Positions 19,257-27,100 of a stretch of 64,000 nt of DNA are shown piece after piece; position 1 is the stretch's first letter, and each line of letters begins with the position of its first letter. Location: the IMG/VR virus record IMGVR_UViG_3300035511_000224; one strand, given 5' to 3'. Both the position numbers and the translations under genes were made by a program. The stretch comes from an uncultured virus (IMG/VR IMGVR_UViG_3300035511_000224) (lineage: Duplodnaviria > Heunggongvirae > Uroviricota > Caudoviricetes). The notes below the pieces were generated by a model. It made no database searches. It was given only the letters and a program-made list of their open reading frames with translations, and had not been told where the DNA came from.

Positions 19257-20696
19257 TCATGTAAATTTGGGGAGGCTCTTGCCATCATAGTATTCCATCA
19301 AGATGGTAGTCTCAAACGGGAAGCCGTCCTCCACAGCATTGATTTGGTCTAATATGTTTTGCATCTCTTTCGACGCTGTAAAGAACTTGGCGAATGTTCC
19401 GTCTGACACATTACGGAAGCTTACAAGGTATCGTCCATCTCCATGTGAGGTCGTTAGGTCTGCTTCATAGTCATATATTTCTATGGGTGTATTGGTTATT
19501 GCTCTTATCGGTACCACCTTGCCGGGGAAGCGTTTCTTTCCATCTTCCGGCTTATAAGTGATTCCCATCTCTCCGAATTTCTTCATTTGCTTCTTCGTTA
19601 GTTTGTAATATAAATGTTTGCAATCGGCATGGCAGGCCATCCCTTTGAATGAGCCTATCAGCTCTTTCCTGCGTCTTCTCGATTTTACCTTTGTAAGGTG
19701 ACGTGCTGCTTTCTTCTTGGTTCGTTTGCGTATTCTTGCATGTGTGCCATAAAAAACAAAACCGAGGTAGTCTATACCCTCGGTTATCGGTCTGATGGCT
19801 TCGTCGTTCTTTACCGTTAGTCCTAACTTCGCTGTCTCCTCATGGTATATATCATGCAATAACCATAATTTCTTTTTATCCGCTGCCCACATGGCTGCAT
19901 CATCCATATATCGCTCATACAGGTATCGTGTCTCTCCGCCTTTGGAGATATACTTCTCTACATGGCAACACATCACATGATCTACCGGCGATAAATAAAG
20001 GTTGGCAAAGCATTGACTTGACCTGAGACCTTTCGAGATTCCTGACTTTAACAGCGTGATGAAGTTATCCAGGAAGCCAAGTACAACAGGGTCGGCAATA
20101 TACTGCCTAATGATTCTTTTCATCCGTTCCTGGCTAATATTGTCATAATAACCTTTGATGTCATTCTTGTAATAGAAGTCCATCAACTCCGGTACGTTAT
20201 CGTAGTCCTCGGTCATACGATGATAAAGCCAATGCATACCTCGTCCTTTGATGCTCGCTGCGGTATTGACTATCAATGTAGGGTTCACATATTTCTCTAC
20301 CACAACCATTATCACATGACATCCGATTCTGTAATAGACTCGTGGCGCCTGTACTATTCGTATCTTCGGCCCATCATCCACTATCATCTCACGAATATTC
20401 TCCGGACGTATTCTGAATATTCCTTTCTCCAATTCTTTTTTGAGTTTCGCTAACAGCGCTCTCTTATCTCGTTCCCCTTTCTCCGGATTATCTCTTGAAT
20501 AATACTTCTCGCGCTGTTCTTTGGTGTCTAAATGGCTGATGATATAATCAAAACCATCCGAGAGGTTCTTATCGGACACAATCTCATGCAAAATATTTGT
20601 GATTGGGAAACCGGCACGTTCCAGTGCCGCAGGGAGATTGATGCATTCCTGCGGTATTAAATCATATTTGATATTATGTGTAGTATATGCATCCAT
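19257..20696 (-). CDS. DGR reverse transcriptase with C-terminal extension
   Basis: KGRG, DIKGYYDNI, GLRSSQCFANLYL, YMDD, GIDYLGF motifs; adjacent to TR. Confidence 0.95.
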   Translation of the reverse strand: MDAYTTHNIKYDLIPQECINLPAALERAGFPITNILHEIVSDKNLSDGFDYIISHLDTKEQREKYYSRDNPEKGERDKRALLAKLKKELEKGIFRIRPENIREMIVDDGPKIRIVQAPRVYYRIGCHVIMVVVEKYVNPTLIVNTAASIKGRGMHWLYHRMTEDYDNVPELMDFYYKNDIKGYYDNISQERMKRIIRQYIADPVVLGFLDNFITLLKSGISKGLRSSQCFANLYLSPVDHVMCCHVEKYISKGGETRYLYERYMDDAAMWAADKKKLWLLHDIYHEETAKLGLTVKNDEAIRPITEGIDYLGFVFYGTHARIRKRTKKKAARHLTKVKSRRRRKELIGSFKGMACHADCKHLYYKLTKKQMKKFGEMGITYKPEDGKKRFPGKVVPIRAITNTPIEIYDYEADLTTSHGDGRYLVSFRNVSDGTFAKFFTASKEMQNILDQINAVEDGFPFETTILMEYYDGKSLPKFT

Positions 20697-20883
20697 CTAT
20701 TCATAGTTTCGGCCTTCCGGTCCTGTGGGGAATCTCTAATGAACTCCCCACACTGTGAGGTTGCGCAATGTTTCGGCTTTCCGTCTTTGACGCTTCTGCC
20801 CATGGCTCTAGCGAGGCTCAAACCCTTCGCGGATTACAGTGGCAATCTCGTTGCCTTGCAGGGTCACACGATTTTTAACCTCA

Positions 20884-21004
20884 GTAAGTTCAGACGCGCG
20901 CCATAGTTCGTGTTCGAGTTCGAAACAGCGTTGTTCGCATTCGCATAAGCGAGACCGCTGTTCGCATTCGAGTTGTTGCCCGACCGCAAAAAAGCACGGC
21001 TGTG
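20884..21004 (-). repeat. DGR template repeat (TR)
   Basis: 121-nt ungapped match to 21202-21322; 9 AAC codons; 29 adenines on the coding strand. Confidence 0.95.
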
Positions 21005-21034
21005 AGGGTTGTCCGCCCGGATATTTTCCAAACG

Positions 21035-21042
21035 CAAAGTTA
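21035..21042 (-). promoter_or_regulatory. -7 element upstream of TR-RT
   Basis: TAACTTTG(C) 30 nt upstream of TR in AT-rich DNA; lacks the late box. Confidence 0.55.
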
Positions 21043-21109
21043 TCAATTAAATTTAAATCTTCCTATTTCTTAAAAACTTTTTTTCTTATAAAATGTTCTA
21101 AAAAAGAAA

Positions 21110-21151
21110 AGGTGCAGCAACCGGGGCTATGATGCCCACGGTTCTGCACCT
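21110..21151 (-). other. hairpin downstream of VR (DGR target-recognition hairpin and/or terminator)
   Basis: AGGTGCAG-CAACCGGGGC-TATGAT-GCCCACGGTT-CTGCACCT about 25 nt after the target stop; T-run follows on the minus strand. Confidence 0.7.
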
Positions 21152-21175
21152 GTCGAAAATCGTCGAGCAGTCGTT

Positions 21176-24100
21176 CTACGAGAGAACGATCATTCGCCCT
21201 CGGAAGGCCAGACGCGCGCCATAGCTCGAGTACGAGACCGAAACAGCGTAGCCCGCATTCGCATAAGCGAGACCGCTGCTCGCATTCGAGCCGTAGCCCG
21301 ACCGCAAAAAAGCACGGCCGCGTGAAGCTGCATACCAATATCCTGCACAGAATCCTACAATGTACTGACTGGTATCACTGACTGTTCGTGAAGGCAGGAT
21401 GTCACATTTAGCACCATGCACAAGACGAACAATATCATTTCCACTTCCACTTGTGAGACATTGCACAGTACGTTCTTCTTTGGTGATAGGGTCCATGATA
21501 TGTGCCACACCGTCGATAGAGAATGTGGATACCTCTGAACCTTTATTCTTAAAGAAGTCCTTATACGATGTCACATTCAGCGCTATGTAGTCAAGCCATT
21601 CCGAGTCACAACCTACATATCCTTTAATACCAAGGATAGAGTTCCATACATTGGCGCTGCTGGACGTATCTGCCATACCAATACTATCAGCACTATTCAG
21701 CGTTCCATCATGCACACCTCGTCCAACAATGCTCTGCTCGTCACTGTTACCGTTCAAGCACCACCACAAGATGGCTGTCTCCTTGTGTTGCTCATAGTCC
21801 TGTAGCTGGTAGCCTTTTCCTCTGAGTCGAGCAAGGTTTTGGAAGTCCTTCATGCAGTAGTTGATCGTGCCGGATGGCAATTCAGTGGCCGTTCCATCTT
21901 CGTCGTACTGCCAATTGACATTGACTACAGATGTTCCTGTACCTTTTTTTGATTTAACGCTACCGCTGATACTTCTGGGCATACCAAGACCGTCAATCGT
22001 AATAGGATAGGTACCTATAGCAGAACCGTCTTCAATCTGTTCGTTGAGGCCTTTGGGAGATTTAATCTCTGTCCATTCAGGCTCAATAGCTTCAATACTG
22101 TCACTATCCACTACATGGACCTCACTACTGTCAAGACCTTTGAAAGTAGTAAAGAAGAACCACTTAGCACCGGTCGGTACGCTTTCAAAGATGTAACTTC
22201 CTAATGTGAAGTCAAAGTTAGTGTTGCTTACCGCCATCTGGAATGTTTTAACAACGACTCCTTCATCGTCTGTAAACGCACATCCCATGGTGGTATTGTT
22301 CATGCCAGGCCAACGAACTTGCTTCATTCCATCTACATCAACGCGATATACATTGACATTAGATCCTTGTCCAAGTAAGTCTGATATGCTTACGCCAATC
22401 TCGGTATTCTCATCAATATACACTCCTTGACTCTCGGAATAGAGTAAGTCAGACAAGGTGTGAATCTTTCTGACATTAGCAGAAGATAACGGCTCATCGT
22501 CGCAACTTGACCATACGTAGTATTTGTTTTGGTTCTTGAAGTCATTGACTCCCTTATACCAACCATGGCCAAGGATATGCATGATGTCATAACCGCTGCC
22601 TGCTACGTCGGTAAGGTCTATCTCGCTTCCGTCATACATGTAGTTGAAGTTAGCGCGGCTCAGTCTGCGCAATTCAAGACGCTGCAACTTGGCGTTGTAG
22701 TCGGCTCTACATGCCCAGGTGTTCTCAAAGATGCGCACAGGGTGTCCGGAACTCTTGTAGGCTGCGTTATAGAGCGCGCCTGTAAGGTTGTCAAGGTTGC
22801 CCCATTTCTCGCCCGGAGCGTCAACGGTATCATCACATCTCACAATGGAGAATTGAGAGTTGTATAGATCGAGTGCCGGGAAGTAGGCTTGCAGACTGTT
22901 CAGACCTGCAACTCCGTTCTCGTCCTCTTCGCTGATTAACTCTGACAATATCCAACGTCCAGTAAGACCGGAACATTGTTTACCCTTACCTTCAGAAGTC
23001 TTATCTGAGGTGATGTCATTGCCGTTCTCATCAAGACCATAGGCATTAGTGGCTTTCAGTGAGCGCAAGACTTCAACGCTCGCGGTGATATTCACGTCGC
23101 GCAGTCCGATACATTGTAGACCACCGGCTTCTGCTACGATATTTTTAATCATCGTGATAGCGTCAACGTTAGAACATCCGCTAACCATAAGCTTGGTTAC
23201 ACTGCCAAAGCCTGCAATGCTCAATCCTCCTGGATAGGTAAGGTTGGGCAGGTTGACAAGTGACAATTCTGTCATGGTGCCTGGAAGCTCTAACTCACTG
23301 ATAGGTGAGGTCTCGGCCACAGTGCAGTTTTGCAGTGGCGTGCCGCTTGCCTTAATAGATTCAATACGTGGACAACTGCTTGCGTCGATGCTCTTAACGG
23401 TGGTGTTCCTTACATCGAGTTCTTGCAAGAAAGGCAGTGAGCCTAACGGCAATGAGCTGATGGCGATATAAGAACCAATGGTCACGTCCTTGTGTGTATC
23501 GCTACCGATGATAATCTTCTCGGCAAGTGTCATCACTTGGAAGTTGAAACTGCTGTCAAGGCTGATTTCGCTGAGGTCTATTTCCGAGAGCCGGTCTGCT
23601 TGGTAGATATACATCAATGCGGCTTCTGTATGGCTGAACTCGGTAAAGTAGTGCTCTTCACCTGCTTCAAGGAACACCACCTCATCAAGCTGTCCGCTCG
23701 AGTCGTGACCGATACCAAAGTAACCTGTCATCGCTGCCTTGATACGAATTCTCGCCGAGCTGCTTGCGCAAGAGGTACGTCCGCTCAATACTCCGCTAAA
23801 GAACTGGCCGGTCTGATAATATCCGTCTCTGATGCGCCAACGCTGCTCGATGAACTGTGGCAATGCCGTTAAACCCAAACCTTGCAGCGCATAGAAATAA
23901 ATATCATCACTGCTGCCGACGCTCTCAATGTACTTGCGCTCTCCGTCGTATGAGGAGATGAGTTTTTTCCAAAACTTCAAGCGCTTCTCTACGAAGAAGT
24001 AGGATGCACCCTCCGGTGAGAAGGGGACCATATCTGTTCCGTCAACGCTTGTCTTGGATGTACGCATAGCTGCGGCAACGGTTGTCAGCGTCAGCTGTTT

Positions 24101-27100
24101 GTTGGCGCTGTGCGTAGCGTCTAGATATACGGTCGGGACTATTGCAACATTGTTGAACAGAATAGATCCGTAACCGGCATAAGGATTGGTATATTCATCG
24201 TCTGTCATGCGGTTCGGGTCTGCTTCTGCATCTACGGTACATCCACCGTCGTTGTCCTTACCGTTACAGGTATCGCAGTCATATACCTTGTTGAGGTACA
24301 TTCTTAGCGCGTGGTCTGTCGAGTAAACACCATTGGTGACGCTCTCTCCATCTTCCAAGAACCACATCGGCTGCATATTCTTTGCTCGTTGGTCGGTCGC
24401 TGCAAGATAGTCGGTAAAGAGCGTGTAGGCATACAGACTCTGTGGAGATGCATATTGCCACAGGTTCTCCTGCCAATTCTTTTTCTTGGCGCTATCTTCG
24501 ACAATCTCCCAACGGTTCTCGTTGTCATCAAGAGGAGAAATCATATCGCAGTCGTTGCAGAACTTCAACATGCGGTAGAGGTCATAAGGCACCTTCCTAC
24601 CATAGGCAAGGTCTATCTGCAACTGATCATCGTCTATCATACACTCAAAGAACTGAGTCCACTTCGGGAAGGTGGATGCTGATACGCTACCGGCTTTCAC
24701 GAGCTTCTGTACCCATGAAGACATACCTGCCTCCATTTTCATCATCTCGTCAACACCAGAAACGCCTTTCCACCAACAGAATCCTTGATATGATAGTAAC
24801 TCAAATCCTGTTACAGGATTGAGCACATCACCGGTAATGACCCACTTGCCGTTTACTTGCTTCATGCTTCCGGTAGAACGTGTCCATGTGCCATTGGTAT
24901 AGCGATAGAAAGCATAGTCACGTCCGCAGTATTGGCTAATGAGATAGATGCTGCTTTGGCTTGTGGTGGTATCTGCCAAAAATCGTGCTTCGATCTCGGC
25001 AAGGGTTTCGCCCTCGTTGCCGAAGTATTCAACAAAGTCTCCATAGTTGAGGCATCCTTTGTTGTATCCCGGAGTGTCCTTGAAACCGAGTGCAACCTGC
25101 TCACCCTTATCTTCTTTCCAATTTCCCTTGGCGTGGAACCATGCATCGGTCAACGTGTCGGAAGTAGAGCGGAATACTGCAATCGGGTGGTTCTTGGTAG
25201 AGTGGTCCATTTTGCACCCTTCAATAACCGTCTCGCCAACAGTGAATGTGCCGTCGTAGGCCCGCTGCGCCGGTGTCTGATAGTCGCTACCCATGGCTCT
25301 AAACGTGTTGTTCATCATGTCACACACGCCACAGTCATTGGCATTACTACTGTCTGAATAATCCACCTTCACAGTGATTATCTGTACAGGGATGCCTTCA
25401 GGTTGTACAAGCACATAGTTCTTGGCCGCAAGAGCAATGGCTTTGCGCCCGAGCGCTGTGCCATCGTTGGGGTTTAGCAAGGTTACCACTTGCGGCAATG
25501 GGTTCTTTTTGTCTATCTGTTTGTTCAGGTAGAAGCGGTCATTTTTGATAGGTCGCTTTGCTGAGGTCGTTCCTTGTCGACGCCATTGCACATTGGTGGC
25601 ATAGAAATTTAACTCCGGATATTCCGGATTGAAGTAATACAGCTGGCAGTTGAATTTCGCTGACGTGTCCGTGTCGCTGTCAAACTCGTCAAAGACGCTC
25701 TGCGCTGCCACAATTACGTAGTAGGGCATATTCTTTGCCTTTAGTTTGTCGAGGCTCGGTCGGTTAAGGTTGTCAAGCACATCTTCACTGTCGTACTCTT
25801 CCATCATCGCGGTCACGTCTGTGAGCTTGGCAAGGTAGTTACTGAATGCCTGGGCCCACTCGTAATGGCTCTCATAAGCCATGATGTAATACAGGTAGAA
25901 GTCTCCGTCTGTACCATCAAAGCTGATTGGTTTATTCTGAGATATAGCGTTCTGACCTGGAATATAACCAAGGCAAGCAACCTCTTCACCGTTCAGATAC
26001 ATCTTGATAGTAGCGTATTTCTCGTTACTTCGCGTATAGGCACGGCTGGAAGGCTCAACTACCACTGCCATGGTAATCTTTTCGCCACATCTGAACTTAC
26101 GCTCTTGAAGCTGATGCTTCACGCCCTTAGAACAGTAGATGCCGGCTACGTTTCCTTTAACGTAGAATCCGGTGCCGGTGGCTGCATCATAACAGTGCAT
26201 GAGCATGGCATCCTTGTCTTTGATATTGTTGGTGGCGAAGGCAAACTGTATTGCTAGACCTGCGCTCTCAGCTGTCGATAACGACATTGGACGGTAGGGG
26301 ATTTCCGTAGTCATGTTCTCGGCAATACGCAAACAGTTCTCGCCAAGGTAGGTGACAAAGCCGTTGGTACGCCAATTGGCACCGTTAACGCTCATTGTTA
26401 CACCGTTGTCGCTGATGGTTTTGTCAATGTCGGAATTGGTACGAAGGGCAAAGTCATAACCAAATGCAGCTCCGCTCTTTAACGTCACATCAATAGCGCT
26501 GCCGTCCACCGTTACGTTGATGGTAGGACTTGTGCTTTGGTGTACTGTTCCGTTCAAAGTGTATTTACCTGTTGCAATAAACGCAATGGTTTCACCATCG
26601 GTATATCCCTGGATCTGATATTTCACGCTGTAGGTAGATGAAGATGCAGCGTTAAACGTTTGGATCGTCTCGTCGTTGGCTGTGATGGTGACTTCGGTGT
26701 TACCGCTTACACTCGCTTCGGTATATGCTGCAATCTGCAAGTTGACGACGTCGTACAAGGAAACAGTGCCCTGCAAATGGTCATCGTACTTAGCTGCATC
26801 ATAGCGGATAGCAACAATAGGCTCGGTGCTCTTGCTGCTGTCTACACACATAATGGAGGTATATACGTAGTTACCTGTTACTTTTGCGTTAGGTGCATAG
26901 CCATGAATACGCAACAGGTAAGAGCCGTGAGTCATCGTTTCGCCATTTCCCAATACATTGGTCGGATTGATGCTGATGTCTTGCGAGAATGTCTTTTGTA
27001 CATTCGCGCTACCTAACTCCTTCCACTCTCCATCCCAGAGTATTTCGATGATGGCATCAATACCACCGCCGTTACCTCCAAGAGTGTTGCGCGGGAAAAT

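Larger units (their letters stand above)
19257..21322 (-). mobile_element. diversity-generating retroelement cassette (VR-hairpin-TR-RT)
   Basis: RT plus TR/VR pair with adenine-only mismatches. Confidence 0.95.

Noticed and set aside
19257..20696. RT as group II intron, retron or Abi RT
   Set aside because: The adjacent TR/VR pair with adenine-only mismatches identifies a DGR; no maturase/endonuclease domain or msr-msd was seen
20864..21046. 60-aa Asn-rich ORF over TR
   Set aside because: It is the template repeat read in the VR frame, and its start overlaps the putative -7 element; probably a non-coding template
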